Assembly: GCF_006345805.1 (NCBI RefSeq)
Contig: NC_042999.1
Location: 144,770,001 to 144,834,000 of the forward strand
DNA length: 64,000 bases
Reading direction: 5' to 3'
DNA from: Octopus sinensis
Taxonomy: Eukaryota
The notes under the pieces are model-generated. The model worked only from the letters and a program-made list of their open reading frames with translations. It did no database searches and had not been told where the DNA came from. Of this stretch, positions 26,601-40,759 are shown in pieces. A program made the translations under genes and the position numbers. Every line of letters starts with the position of its first letter. Within the stretch, counting starts at the first letter, position 1.

Positions 26601-28134
26601 CATCAAGATTTTCTAGACAAATCACAAACAGCATTTAAGTTGGCAGCTGTTAAAAGGTGTTTCAATATCAACAAGTCCAAATTCTGCATCATAACTGCTT
26701 CTCTATGGATGGCCAACCAAAAATTTTAAGAAAGGAATACATCTCTGCAATTCATGACCAGTGAAGTTTATATGATGCATTTTATGAAAATAAGCCTTTG
26801 TTTTATTATTAACTGTATTCCAAAAGATTTCCTAAAGAGGATATGAACATAAGGGGCAAAAGCATGGCAATGCACTAGAAATGATGAACCTGATATTGGA
26901 ATGCAAACCTATCATCAATGAGCAAACAATTGAGGACCCTTGGAAAAGAAAATAATTACATAAGGACATCCAAAATGAGTTTCATTGTATCATGGCATCA
27001 GTAACCAAAGAAGAAATAGATAAAAAAAGAGTCTAAGTTAGGCCCTTTCACCATAATTATGACATTTTAAAGGACATTTTAAAAACTGAACAACTCTCAT
27101 TTGTTTTGTGCTATATTTTCACCAAAGTTATATGTGAAGAATTTAACAGATATTGAACAGATTCTAAACCTGATGTTGTATGACTTCTGCAAGGCATGTT
27201 GTCAGTGTTGAACTCTATTGATAGTCACAGCCAATTATGCATTGTACAAAGCTGGTAGCTGGGTGAAGCAGCAGCAACACAAGTGAGTCTGGAGACATTG
27301 CCAGGATCCCTGGAAAGAGTTCTCTTTTCTTCATAAAATATCACATCTGTAGAATCAGCTCATCCAGAGATATTGATATAGAGTGCCACGTCTTGTCAGC
27401 ATCCAGCATGCTCTCAGTAGCCCTGGAAAATCTGGGTTTGTAATGATTTGCAGCTCTCAAGTATGTCTCTACACACCATCCACAGCAGGTTTTCAAGGTA
27501 TTCAGCCTCTCGTTGATAGTGACAGCATAGATAAAGGAATTCAGCAAAATAGATCTGTATCTTCAGAAGAAGGATATGCTCTGAGGACCGGGTCAGTCAG
27601 GCCGTGTGTGTTGCTGACATCATGCTGCTGGGTGCCAGAATGTTTTCATACAAAACAGCATACTGGTATAGAGCTGTAGTGTTGGTGTCAGACTCATCAT
27701 CCCAGGTGCCTTTCTGGCCATCACCACTGTGGTAGGTAACCTTGTTCATGTTTGTGCATGGATGCTTTTGGCTCACAGGGGTCAGTTTCTCTGCAGGGTT
27801 GTCGCTGCTCCATTGAGTCACTGATGCTAGCTTCACAACCAGTGGAAAGTCACAGCATACAGGACCTTCTCTTGTACCAGTGTCCATGATGCCAAACATG
27901 TTCACAGGTAGTCATCTGGCAGCGCACAGTTTTATACAGGGCACCCAGAACATAGTGGTCACAAACATGACTCCACACCTGGAACACCATGGAGCAACAT
28001 GGATTCTGGGCTCACTGTCACATCAGTGCACATGACCAGGCTTGGCCTGGCTTGGTCGTCAAACTGCAACAATACACCGATCTCAGCTTTCTTAACACTT
28101 TTGGAAGCCATCATGGAAACTGTTTTCTGTAAGC

Positions 28135-28420
28135 AAGTCAATACAACATCAGCAATGTTGTTAATTGTCCTTTGATAATCCTCATGTACTAGCTAATGAA
28201 TTTTCTCCACATTTCTGGTGGTGACATTTGTGGCAGGTCTTCCAGATTGCTCATTATCTTCCAAGGGCATTCTTCCACGTTTGAAGCACGTGTGTAACTT
28301 GAAACATTGCCTCATCACTGTGAGCTTGCCGAAGCATGCTCAATGTCTTTGTAGCAGGCTTCCCAAGTTTAATTGACTAACTCTCTTCCCTAAAATTTGT
28401 AGCCTTGTACTAAAATTTGA
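28135..28420 (-). mobile_element. Mariner transposase N-terminal (HTH) fragment
   Basis: Manual translation MLRQAHSDEAM / FKRGRMPLEDNEQSGRPATNVTTRNVEKIH*LVHEDYQRTINNIADVV. Confidence 0.75.
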
Positions 28421-28971
28421 AGCACTTATCACCACCATCACCACCACCACCACCACCACCACCACCACCACTACCACCATCACTACTACCACTCATAATT
28501 TATAAGAGTACACTAGAGCCAAAACATGTGAATACTAGTAATGATTTCACATAAATATATACCGATTGATCTCTACAACAATCTGCTGCTTAATCATAAA
28601 TCTTAATGTATATATAGTCATAAATACATAATTTGTATAATACTTCTTCACCAAGCTGTTACTGTTTTCCTTCAATAATTCTCACAAATGTAGCAGCAAT
28701 TGATCAGATCAGCCATTTGTATTTTTGTATCCATCCATGTAATTTGTAATCAATAATATTACAAGCCCAAGTGGGAACCTCTACATGGTTGCTTGACTTG
28801 TCAGAAGTAGCAGCTAAACCATGCCCTACTATCCTAAAACAAAAGACATTGTATAATACAATTCAAAATACATTATGATCTAATATAACACAATGGGGAT
28901 GGTCGTAGTTGGAACATCTTTGACTATATATCTTCTCAATCAAGGATGAGCTGATATTAAATAAAATTATT

Positions 28972-29311
28972 GAGAGACCCCCCCCCTTCGGTCATGACTG
29001 ACCATGAGATTGCACCTAGAAAGTTACCCTCCCAGGCACAAGTCCGAACAAGGTTGTTTATGGAAGACCAGCAGTCGCCCATACATACCGGCCTACCCTC
29101 TCCACACCACCAGTGTTATCCAAGGGAAAGGCAACAGCAGATACAGCTTGGTACCTGTGACATCGCAACTCATTTCTACAGCTGAGTCAACTGGAGCAAC
29201 ATGAAATAAAGTGTCTTGCTCAAGAACACAACAAGCAGCCCGGTCCGGGATTTGAACTCACAACCTCGTGATCGTAATCTCAACGCCCTAACCACTGAGC
29301 CATGCGTCTTC
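28972..29311 (-). mobile_element. tRNA-derived SINE, near full length
   Basis: Head GAAGACGCATGGCTCAGTGGTT (A box) and GAGTTCAAATCC (B box), core ttgagcaagacacttt; homologous to 63020-63352. Confidence 0.85.
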
Positions 29312-31289
29312 GCATTAAATAAAATAGACATCAACAAACAACATTACACGCACTTATAGTTAGTGATTTTACCAATAACTGTGATTGACTATGGTCAATA
29401 ACTCAATCCAGAGTTATTGCTGGTGAAGTTGACAGCATATTATGCTACTTATCAAAAGGTCAATAATGTTGATTTGTGACTGACTTGAGCAATTAATTTC
29501 TAACTAGCTTATTTCACCTAGCTTGTTGAGCAACCATGTAAAACAGGTGAGTGAGTGGAAGTGTTTTAGTATCATCATCATCATCATCATCATCACAATT
29601 CAGTGTCCATGGAATCTTCTCTCAGCACATATTTCTCCTGCATCATGAAAATGCAATTTTTTAAGTGGGACATTAAAAGCATCACCCTCACCCTTTACAA
29701 AACGGGTCTGCAAAGGCCATGAACAATGCCCTTTCTTCCAGATCTAATTAATAAAAAAACAAACAAAAACAACTTAACTCATCACCCAGTTGAACACTGC
29801 CACCACCTAGTCCCCTAAGTGCTTGTGGTGGTGCTCAAAAGTTGCAAGTACTTGGGCTAAGTCTCCAGACTGAAGACAACTTTTCTTCTGATCAGTCTCA
29901 GAGACTTCAAAAAGGTCATAAGTTTTATGTCCTTCCATCCTTGATAAAGTCATTAGAATAAAGGACAATCTTAAAAACAACAGAACTTTCCTTGACACTT
30001 CCAATGGCATATGATATATAAAGTGTGAGAGAGAAATAGAAGTTGTAGCTCTTTTCCTTAGAGCATTGGTGCTGTAGGAACATAGTTGATATAACAACTG
30101 AAGCAAAGTCTCTCTCATATCCATCTCAGACATGAAATCTTCTGTATGTACTGTCACTCTCTCTCTCTCTCTCTCTCTCTCCCTTCCTCCTTCTCTCCCC
30201 TCTCTCCCACTCCCCCTTATTCCCCCTCTCTCTTCTTCCTTCTTTCTTTCTCTCACTTTCCTTTTATCTTTCCTTCTCTCCTCTTCTCTACTGCTGCTGT
30301 TGCTGGCGGTGGTGGCAGTTGTGGTAGCAGTGGTGGTGGTAAATTGCTTTGACAATCAGAAGTGCAAATGCAGATTTGCCCACCTCAAAAAAAGGATAAA
30401 TTCTGAAATACAAAACAACAAAGAGTTGTGTATATCAGATAACAAAATGACTATATTAAGTGACAAGGTACTGTGCTGGAGCAGGCCTATTCAAGCCATG
30501 CAGGTGTGGTAAAACAGACATAAAACGGTGGTGGTAGTAGTGGCAGTGGTGGGATGACGATGATGATCCCCAAAAGGCCAAAATACAAAGTTGGGGTCAA
30601 TGGGATTTGAATTCAGAATACAAAAGCTTGTAGCTATATCCTGCAAGCATTTTGTCCAAGATTCTAATGATTCTACCAATTCACAACTCCTGAAGTGACA
30701 CAATAAAATAATGGGATTAGTTTCATAGGCTATATCCTTTCTCTATGCCCCCCACCTTATCGCAGTTAAACATAAATAGTACAGGGTGGGCCAGAAGTCA
30801 CACACAAAATAAGTTCAATGTGCTCCAGAATCATCAAAGACATGCTTCAGTTTTTCTCAAATTGAATAAAATAAAATAATAATGAATACACATGTACTTG
30901 TACATGATGAATGAAATGAATAATAAAATATATTATAAATAAAATGACTGTAGCACCAGAGCTCACTTCTCTTCTTGCTACACAAGCTTATTTCATTTTA
31001 GGAGATGGAGCTGCAATATACTGTAGTGCAAACTTGTCTAACCCACACCTACTCAGCAAAATGAAGATTAAAATAGCACTGATAATTGTTAGAATAATAA
31101 TGCATTACCTTTATTAACTTTACTTCATTTATTTATATATCTATTTATTGTTGTTAAAGCAAATCATCACCAGTTTATTTGTTTCCTAGGAATCTAGTTT
31201 ATTTATTCTCTCAACTATAAATAAATTCAAGGAAACAAGTTAACTAGTGATGGTCTGCTTAGCAACAAAAATATAATCAAATACCATGG

Positions 31290-31680
31290 TGTTGGTATGG
31301 GTGTGTGGATAAGAAGTTCATTTAGTTACCATATGGTTTTGAGTTCTATCTCTTTGTATGGCACCTTGAGCAAGTGTCTTCAACTGTAGTATCAGTTTGA
31401 TCAATGCTTTGTTAGTGGAACAGGTAGATGGAAATTGTATGGGAATCTGGTGTGTGTACGTGTTAATGTGTGTGTGTGTTTGTATATGGTTGCATGGCTC
31501 AGTGGTTAGGGTGTTGTACTCCCAATCACAAGATCATAGTTTCAGTTCCTAGACTGGGTGGTACATTGTGGTCTTGAGTAAAACACTTCATCTCACATTG
31601 CACTTTGATCACTTTGACACCTGATGTGTGGTATACCATGAACCTGTTCAGACAATGTGGATTTAATGGAGGAGAAATCA
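31290..31680 (+). mobile_element. Two adjacent decayed tRNA-derived SINEs
   Basis: ggcaccttgagcaagtgtctt core near 31360; a second head tggctcagtggttagggtgttg near 31495. Confidence 0.6.
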
Positions 31681-34600
31681 TCTGTGTAGGTTGTCCAGCC
31701 AAAAATTGCTGAACCATCTTTGTATGTAAGTGCATGTGTACTTGTGTGTGTGTATGTCTGTGTCTGTTTAAATATTTACATTGCTTATTTCGTATAAAGA
31801 GTATTGAACTAAAATCGGTGATGTTTCTTGACACTCTGTTAATAGAAACATCCTCTAGCTATGCTTTCAAAGGTGAGTAGAATAAAAAAAAATCCTCACT
31901 TGGAAAACGAAGTAAGGGTTAGTGCCTCATCATTGCTATACTTTTGTGTCTGCTTGCTATGCTGGCATATGTTGATTGGGTTTTCACAGTCTGAGTCATC
32001 ACCTATTGTAAGCTGCTGCTGGATCCCTTTCCATTACTGACCACTTCACAGTGTATTGGATGCACTTTTCATGGTACACTTTACAGTGTGTACCGGGTGC
32101 ATTTTGTGATACTAGCACAAGAGAGACTGTCTCACTCATCCATCACTTTGAGAGAGTGTGAGTTGTTGAGAAGATGTGTGATATTTTGTATGCAGGACAA
32201 GAGACAGATATAGGATTGATGATAGTGGCAAAGCTAGATGTGGGTGACAAGATTAACCCTTTAGCATTCAGATTATTCTGCAAAATTTATTTATTCACAT
32301 CGTTTTCAGTTTAATTATGCATTATCTCATAGCTTTGAGATTTTGATGATGTGATTCTTTATTTTTAGAATGACATTGTCAGATAAGTGTAGGAGGATAG
32401 ACCTGGCTGGTTTTCACATAGTAACAGATAGAATATCTGAGCTGGATATGGCTAGTTTAAACACTAAAGAGTTAAATGAATGTCAAGTGCCTCAGTTATA
32501 TTCATTTGTCCAACCCATGCTAACATAGAAAAATAAACAAACAGAGAAATACAAATAACATAGCGAACAACGTAGTTGTCATATAACTGACAAATGTTCC
32601 TCCAACTCCTTATCATTCTCATCATTATAGAAAATTAAATGAGAATCAGAAAGGTCTGGGAACTAGTAATGGGCTGCATTGACAAAATAAGTAAATAAAA
32701 ACGACAAATTTTTATCAATCCTAATCTATCTTTTCATCATTATCATTCTCCTTGACATTGTTTTAATGTTTATTTTCATATGTTGAAGCAGGTTGAATAA
32801 GTCTTCCATAAAACACACTGTCACTTCCTACTCTGTGAGGAACATTCTGATGATAAGTTCTTGAGGCACCCTCTTTACATGGTCTCTCAGCCTGCTATAA
32901 ATAGCAGTCAAATCAAACTCAACTAATACCTTTTTGTTTTAAAACAAGAACAGGAGGACCTGTTGGATAAGGTAAAATGAAATACAGTATGTCTAGGTAA
33001 AAAACAACATATTAACCATAACTGACTTGGGCTAAACAACAACATTCCAATTCCATTTCTTCACACATCTTCCTTTGTTATCATATGGCATTTCTCCATG
33101 AAAAACATGGTCTATTCGCTTTTGTATTTCCATACCACACTTCTCAAATCATAACAATACTCATCCCTTAACATATGCAGTCTACAAACTTGTTCTTGAA
33201 AACATTCCTTAATGAGGTCATGGCTACCTAATCTTGCTCAGCAATGCTGAAATATGGTTGTAACATTTATCAAGGAAATAAATCTTGTGAAACTACATTA
33301 TTAATAAATAATACAGTTTGAACTTTCCTATTTGCTGTATATAGAAGATTTCTCAAACAGTGACTATCTTTGACATCAACCAAACATCTATAATATTGCC
33401 ATTATTGCTTTCTGATGGCTATACTTTCTTTTCAGCTCTGGTTAGTACCTTACAAACCACAAGTGCAATCCATATTAGAGTGTTGCTAACTGGGATTATG
33501 CTGCTTCTACATACACACATGATTATATTAAAAAAAAAAAAAAGTAGCTGATAGCAAGGATTCATTCAGCAACATGTTACACCTTTTAGCTCACTGATAT
33601 GTCTCCTCTCTCTGTTTCTGCAACTGATACTATAATAGCTTCTTCTTCAAACTGCCAGCTATGTACCACTACCACCTAAGCCAATCTGATGTATGTGCCT
33701 TGATTCTCTTTCACTATCCCTCTTTCTATTATCCTACCACAACCCTACACTAAATCCTTGCCTCTATGCAGTTGTTCAACTAGGTACAAATAGCCACCAA
33801 ATCTTTTTCAAATGGTACTCAACTATTTTAAAGTCACTCCAAAACATTTGTAAATTATCCAGCCAGGTGGCTGTTTTTGTTGTACTTTAATTCTAGGTCA
33901 ATACTGATTGAGCAGACATCTGATCAAATACATTCTAGCTGTGAACATTCTATAATTCATTCAGGCATAGTGTATCTAGGACCTAAGCAATAATGAAAAG
34001 CGCTCTCAATGGCTTGTGCATGTGTGTGTGTGTTGGGGGTGGGGTTATAAGAGACATTGAAACTTCCCATGGTTTTTATTTACAGTTAGGTGAACAATGC
34101 CAGCTAGGATTAAGCCACGGTTAGTAACACATTAACACAGGTTATGAAATTTTAATATTTCTCTCTCCTCCTATTTCAAATAATTCATAAGTAATGTACA
34201 TGTTATCTAAACATTCACAACTTTATACTAAGTTACCTTAGAAACTTAATTTAAATTTAAAATATAAGTTTCCTTCTATTATTTTATTTTCTGAAGGCAA
34301 TGAAATGACCACAACCCATAGAAGTGCCATAATCTCCTTTTTAGGTAATAAAGCAAAGTTAAATCACCCTAATTGAGTTTTTTTCCCCTCTTAGATGTGT
34401 TCAACTCAGGCTAATATTACAACTATTTTACTGTGCTGCTGCTGTTTACAGCAAGCTGTGCATGCTTTGTAGTATATATTTTACATGTAGGTGAACTCTG
34501 AGAATGCAGTCTTTCCTACAGATACAATTCAGTGCAGAAATAAGAAATAATCTGATATAAACCCATGGATTTACAGAGGAGATTAGATGATACATCTAAT

Positions 34601-35259
34601 CTCATTAATTGTAATTCCTTTTACTCTGCATGAGTGTTGAGTAAATTGACCATTTCAGTAAAGAACCTGTCATTCTCCATACTATCTCCATTGTAAATTG
34701 TCTGCTGCTTTACACTACAACACACGTCATCTCCCTAATGCTAAATATTATCATCTGACTTTAGTTAACAAATGAAAATAATATGGTTTATGTTCCTACA
34801 TCCCATTCAACTTTTTGTTGTCTAAACAAATGCACAGCTTCATTCAGAATTGTATTAATTCATGGCTGCAAAGAGATCCCCAGCTTATTTAATCATTCAT
34901 GTGCTTAATTTTGAGTGGCGGAGGGGGGTTCACAGATTCTAAATGAGGCTGTCATTTGGATGGTTAGTGAAATTTGTTCTTATAAACTGGTGGAATCAGT
35001 ATCATGGTGGGTGCCAACTGTTACTGAACAGGAAGCCACTCTAGTACTAATTTATGAACATGACACAAGATTCTACCACTTTTAAAAATGATAACATAAA
35101 GAGATTCACATATACTATTTCAGGATCATTATCATTGAAAGGTCTTTAGTACTGAACTATTAACTAATCAACATGCTATATTAATACACATCTTCATTCT
35201 ACACCAGTATTGAATACTCTCTAATTTTTTAATATTACCACACATTCATAAACATTACA

Positions 35260-35298
<39 letters not shown>

Positions 35299-35302
<4 letters not shown>

Positions 35303-35605
35303 CGTGATCACCGTAACCGACCAGGCTATCAGATGATGTTACACATCGCTGGTCAAAATGCACTTTGCATTGTTTTAGCCTTCAAATGACGCCTCCCCGC
35401 TGGCTAAGCGAGCAGGCCAACAGAAGAGAGTGAGAGAAAATTGTGACGAAAGAGTACAGCAGGGATCACCACCACTCCCTGCCGGAGCCTCATGGAGCTT
35501 TAGGTGTTTTGCCCAATAAACATTCATGACGCCCGTTCTGGGAATCTAAACCGCTATCCTACAACCGCGAGTCCGCTGCCCTAACCACTGGACCATTGCG
35601 CATCC

Positions 35606-35606
<1 letters not shown>
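35299..35606 (-). mobile_element. tRNA-derived SINE (distinct family, CpG-rich)
   Basis: Head TGGATGCGCAATGGTCCAGTGGTTAGGGC..GGTTTAGATTCCC; tail (ACGGTGATC) repeat; flanked by (TA)n. Confidence 0.75.
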
Positions 35607-35636
<30 letters not shown>

Positions 35637-35802
35637 ATTAAGATTCAGTTGAATTAGGTACTTAAACTGAAGCACCAAGCCAGTTTGGTATAGTCTGTGC
35701 AACTCCAAATTAGGTGAACAAAACGTAAATAAGTAAGGAGGATGAAATGGCTGTACTGTATTGATACCTGGACATCCTTGTTACCTATATATATATAATA
35801 TA

Positions 35803-37021
35803 CACAGACATGCAGAAAGTAAATAAACACCTCTAATTTTCAAAATCTTTTATTTAATATGCAAAGCGAACAATTGAAATGTAATCGATAGGTAGGACTA
35901 CATACTTTAGCATTTAGTTGACTTTCCCTTTACAGTTTTTAATTCAGAAACTCTTTTTGGCATTGAACTTATGAGCTTTGTGATTGTCTCTTGTGGAATT
36001 TCTGCCCACTTTTCACGCAACAATCGAAACAATTCATCTTTAGATTTAGGTTTCTGTTGAGTTTTTCATATAGCTCTATCTAGTATGCTCCAAAGATTTT
36101 CAATTGGGTTCATGTCAGGAGATTGGCTCAACCAAGGAAGCTTTTTGATCCCGTTTTCACTCAGCCATTGTTGATTCCTTTTCACTGTGTAGCATGGAGC
36201 CCCATCTTCCATGAATAAAAACTCATTTTTCATTATGTTATCACGTGAATACATCGGAAGTAGTCCTTGCTTAAGTATTTTGATGTATTTTTCAGAGTTT
36301 ATGATTCCAACACATTCAATCAACTCTGAGTGACCATTGCTGGTGACAGCTCCCCATACCATTACAGAGATACCACCATGTTTCACAGCTGGTTGGAGTT
36401 ATTTCAAATCCAATTCTTGACTGGGAAGCCTCCAGACCCAAACAAGTCCACTGTCTGAAAATAATGCAAATCTGGATTCATCTGAGAAAATCACTCTATC
36501 TCAAAATGAACTGGATTTTTCTGACATCTCCTTAGCCCATTTCTTTCTTTTCATGATATTAATTGGTTGAAGGAGAGGTTTTCTTCTAGCTGCTCATTCA
36601 TAATACCCAAGCTTATACAGATATGTAACATACGTCCTTGGACTACCTTTTGGCTGTTTTGCAATGTCAGAAGCCTTCGAATAGGGTTCATTTTCCACAA
36701 TTCTCTTCAATCAGTGAAGCTCCTTTTCCAAGGACCCAGATCGGCTGGGACGAGAATTTGTTGATTCTTTTCCTTGGCTTTTGAATTGCACTGTAATTCT
36801 ATTAACAGTAGCAAGAGGAATTTGAAGATTTTTGGCAATTTTTTGGTGGCTAAGACCAGCCTCAGATTGCCCAACCATATGACTTCTTTGAAAATCTAAC
36901 AGTTTAATACAATGGCACCTGGAATAAAAAAGAATAATTACCTTGTAAATTCTACACTGCTGACAACATATTAAGAAATTTTGAAAATTAAAGATGTTTA
37001 TTTACTTCCGGCATGTCTGTG
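35803..37021 (-). mobile_element. Tc1 (DD34E) transposon, near full length, decayed
   Basis: TA-flanked TIRs CACAGACATGC.GAAAGTAAATAA(A)CA.CT.TAATTTTCAAAAT at both ends; ORF 36066..36386 MEDGAPC...[11 protein letters not shown] with 34 residues between D and E. Confidence 0.92.
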
Positions 37022-37029
37022 TATATATA

Positions 37030-37301
37030 TATTTAAGAGAGGAGGAATTATTTACATTATTTACATTTGACGGATATTCGTTCTAATCTTGTTTGTTGTT
37101 AACACAAAGTTTCGGCTGATATACTCTCCAGCCTTCATCAGGTGTCTTGGGGAAATTTCAAACCTGGGTTCTCATTCCTAAGGTATTTTTGATGTTATTG
37201 TTGTTATTATTATTATTATTATTATTCAGGTCACTACCTGGAATCAAACTCTGAATCTTGGGGTTAGTAGCCTGCGCTCTTAACCACTATGCCATATGCC
37301 C
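37030..37301 (-). mobile_element. Composite element: tRNA-derived Pol III head + (AAT)n + Penelope-type pseudo-LTR with hammerhead
   Basis: A box TGGCATAGTGG (37284-37294), B box AGTTTGATTCC (37240-37250), then (AAT)n, the hammerhead at 37101-37146 and the tail aaatgtaaataatgtaaataattcctc. Confidence 0.7.
37101..37146 (-). ncRNA. Minimal type I hammerhead ribozyme motif (canonical core, stem III probably mutated)
   Basis: GACAC-CTGATGA-A-GGCTG(10 nt)CAGCC-GAA-ACTT-T-GTGTT; ACTT would be the palindrome ACGT in an intact copy (inference). Confidence 0.75.
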
Positions 37302-37390
37302 ATGGGTTAATGGCGAAACACATTAGAGTAACTGGAAATAAAATAAAATAAAAATTATCCCCCCAAAAGCCATCTCTACTCATTTTTTCA

Positions 37391-37732
37391 AATGGAAATT
37401 GTAGCTGTGATCCCAGTGCCGTGGGTACGTAAGAGAACAATCCGAACGTGGCCATTGCCAGCGCCGCTCCGTCTGGCCTCCGTGCCAGTGGCACGTAAAA
37501 AGCACCATCCGATTGTGGCCGTTTGCCAGCATCGTCTGGCACCTGTGTCGGTGGCATGCAAAAAGCACCCACTACACTCATGGAGTGGTTGGCATTAGGA
37601 AGGGCATCCAGCCGTAGAAACGTTGCCAGATCAGACTGGGCCTGGTACAGCCTTCTGGCTTCCCAGACCCCAGTTGAACCGTCCAACCCATGCTAGCATG
37701 TAAAGTAGACGCTAAACGATGATGATGATGAT
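37391..37732 (+). mobile_element. RTE-tail non-autonomous retroposon
   Basis: Starts aatggaaattgtagctgtgat like the copy at 1-703; ends ctaaacgatgatgatgatgatg. Confidence 0.85.
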
Positions 37733-37762
37733 GTACCAAGAACCTTTTTTTTATTCTTCTAC

Positions 37763-37803
<41 letters not shown>

Positions 37804-38763
37804 TCTCTCTCACAAGACAATGATAAAAAGGAAATACAAACAATTTATTGAAAAGTGACATTTTGCCTCCCTTGGAGTAAACAGTTGGATTTACAATCAC
37901 TGTAAGCCAAGAATTATTATTGACAAACCTACCAACTGCAAAGATATCTTATAGATGATAAAAATTAAATTATCTCCTTATCTATAATGAGAGGCTGAAA
38001 CCCTACTGATGTTTGTTTTCATGTAGTTTATCAAACAAAATTCAATCTGGTAGAGATTGATGATATCCAGAAATCCCTGTTATGAGGAGTAAGTAACATG
38101 ATTCAACAAAGAATTGAACTAATACTGCAGATTCAGTTTCTGTCACTCATTGAAACTCACTTACAAGACAAATACTATCCAACTTTCTTCCTTTTATGTT
38201 TAATACACAACTAAAAATATAAAAATTCTCTTGATACATCCTGTTTTTCAGCAATTTTCTATGCAACCTTCAAATCTCATTTAGTTTAGTTGTTTTTGCT
38301 TGGTAATTTTGTTTTCACTTAACACTATTATCATATTTATTCTCCTTGAGAATTAATGCTGAAACCTGTTTTGTCAGTTGAGAAATCATTAAATATTCCA
38401 TTGACACAACCCAATAAGATGTATTAATGAAACAGCAAACACAAATAAAGAAAAAGAAAAATATAAATTATGTTCATATAAGCTGTTATTTATTCAAGCT
38501 ATATTTATTGTGAATGAATACAATACAAAGCAGAAAACCTCCAATCTTTACAAAGATTCTTGTCAATGTATTTTTTGTCACACATTCTGGAGTAATTTGG
38601 TATAGGGTTACTTTGTCACACCTATCTAGCTGAAATATATTTGTGTAAAGATAACAAAAACAGAAACGGTCCAATAATATAAATGTAAAGGGGCTAGAAA
38701 CAAATAAAAGGCAACTTTTTTTAAACTATGGTGGGTATACCTTTGTGCATGTGTGTATATGCC

Positions 38764-38814
<51 letters not shown>

Positions 38815-39497
38815 GGTTGAGGAATAATAATCCTCTTTGAACAATAAATAAATAATGAGAAACAGTAAAGTAGATTAAGAGAAAGAAGACACAGAAGTCA
38901 TAGCAAGTTGGTGACCAAAAGTTTGCTTACTGATGGAATGAATTTTTCCCCAAAGTTTTTCAGTGTCATCAAGAATATTTGGAGTAATGTGAGTGAATAA
39001 AGAGGTTAGTATGGGATCTATCTACAAGGACAATAGGGTATACCAGTGCAAGTACAAAGGTGTAGAAAAAAGCCGACACAAAACTAAGTCAATGATTAAC
39101 CTGAAAGCAGTTGAACCTCAATGCTGAACTACATACAAGTTGGAAATTATAGAAAAATGAAGGTTTAGTGAAGAGGCACAAACAAATTCAATGTAAAATA
39201 CAGATAATTAAAAGTAGATATTTCTGATAAATACATTATATATGAAACCATATAATTACACACACATATATAACTACAGTTGTGAAACATATAACTCATG
39301 AAAGTTTGAGTTTCAGATAAATGGATAAGTTGGTTTATTTGTATGCCAAGTTTATAATTTTAGATACAAAGTGTTCAATATATACCTACAGCATGTATAA
39401 ATACATGCAAACATACTCACATATTATTCACACACACACACACACACACAAACGTATATGTAGCCTTGCATAGTTCCAGCAACCTCAAACCTTCACC

Positions 39498-39595
39498 TGG
39501 TTAGTTGGTTGGCTGGTTGGTTGGTTGGTTGGTTGATTGGTTGGTTAGTTGGTTGGTTGGTTGGTTGGTTGGTTGGTTGGCTGGTTGGTAGGTAG
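39498..39595. repeat. (GGTT)n tetranucleotide microsatellite
   Basis: Directly visible. Confidence 0.9.
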
Positions 39596-39659
39596 GTATG
39601 TATACATATTATTCTTAAACAAGAGTAGTTGCTAGAAAAAGAGGAGACTGAGCAAAGTT

Positions 39660-40420
39660 CAGAGAACGTCTATCTTTGTTGGTAACTAAGGGCCTCTCCC
39701 TCAGAGTGAAAGGCAGATTGTATGATGCCTGTGTACGTACAGCTATGCTACACGGCAGTGAAACATGGGGTTTGACTATAGAGGACTTGCAAAGGCTTGA
39801 AAGAAATTAAGCTAGTATGCTCTGCTGGATAGGTAACATCAGTGTGCACACACAGCAGAGTGTAAATGGTTTAAGAAGAAAACTGGGTATGAGAGGCATC
39901 AGATGTTGTGTGCAAGAGAGAAGACTGCACTGGTTGGTCATGTGATGCATACAGATGAGGACAGCAGCATAAAGAAGTGCTGAGCTCTAATTGTGGAGGG
40001 AACCTGTGGAAGGAGTAGACCTAGGAGGAAGACATGGGAGGAAGTGGTGAGAAAGGATCTTTGGATGCTGGGCCACATTGAGGAAATGACAAGGGACTGA
40101 GAGTTGTGTCAGTTTGCTGTACTTGAGAAGTGCTTGAAGCCAAGTAAAAGTGCAGTCACCCATACATACAAGCTTGTCCTTTCCAGATGCCAGTGCAACG
40201 TAAAATGCACTTGTGCTGGTGCTGCATAAATGCACCCATGCCGGTAGCACATAATAAGCACCCAGCATACTCTGTAAAGTGGTTGACATTAGGAAGGGTA
40301 CCCAGCAGTAGAAACAATGTCATAACAGACAACTGGAGCCTGGACAGCTTACCGAGTAGCCAGCTCCTGTCAAACCATCCAACTCATGCCAACATGGAAA
40401 ACAGATGCTAAATGATGATG

Positions 40421-40425
<5 letters not shown>
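39660..40425 (+). mobile_element. RTE-clade LINE 3' end with UTR and (GAT)n tail
   Basis: SLRVKGRLYDACVRTAMLHGSETWG (manual translation) followed by the shared RTE tail. Confidence 0.85.
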
Positions 40426-40470
<45 letters not shown>

Positions 40471-40693
40471 CACATATATGTTGGGCTAGAGGTATAACTA
40501 CATTTGCTAATTACATATAACATGTTTAAATATTTGGCAGGACTGACACATCCTATTGATATTCTTTATAAATCATTTGATACATTTTTACTATCTTTTT
40601 ATGAATAAAAATAGGAATATCAGTTGTTTATCTTAATAGCTGAAATACTTTAAATATCAACCCATTCACAACTGCTTATACTAAAGTGTTCAG

Positions 40694-40759
<66 letters not shown>

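Noticed and set aside
29807-30512. 182-aa and 126-aa ORFs
   Set aside because: Driven by CT/GA and GGT simple repeats; the non-repetitive part is unrecognised.
37225-37301. Functional tRNA gene (also the heads at 29240-29311, 35530-35606, 41290-41360, 63020-63090)
   Set aside because: A/B boxes are present, but acceptor stems do not close properly and each continues into a repeat body; these are SINE heads.
39498-39595. Interstitial telomeric repeat
   Set aside because: The unit is GGTT, not TTAGGG.
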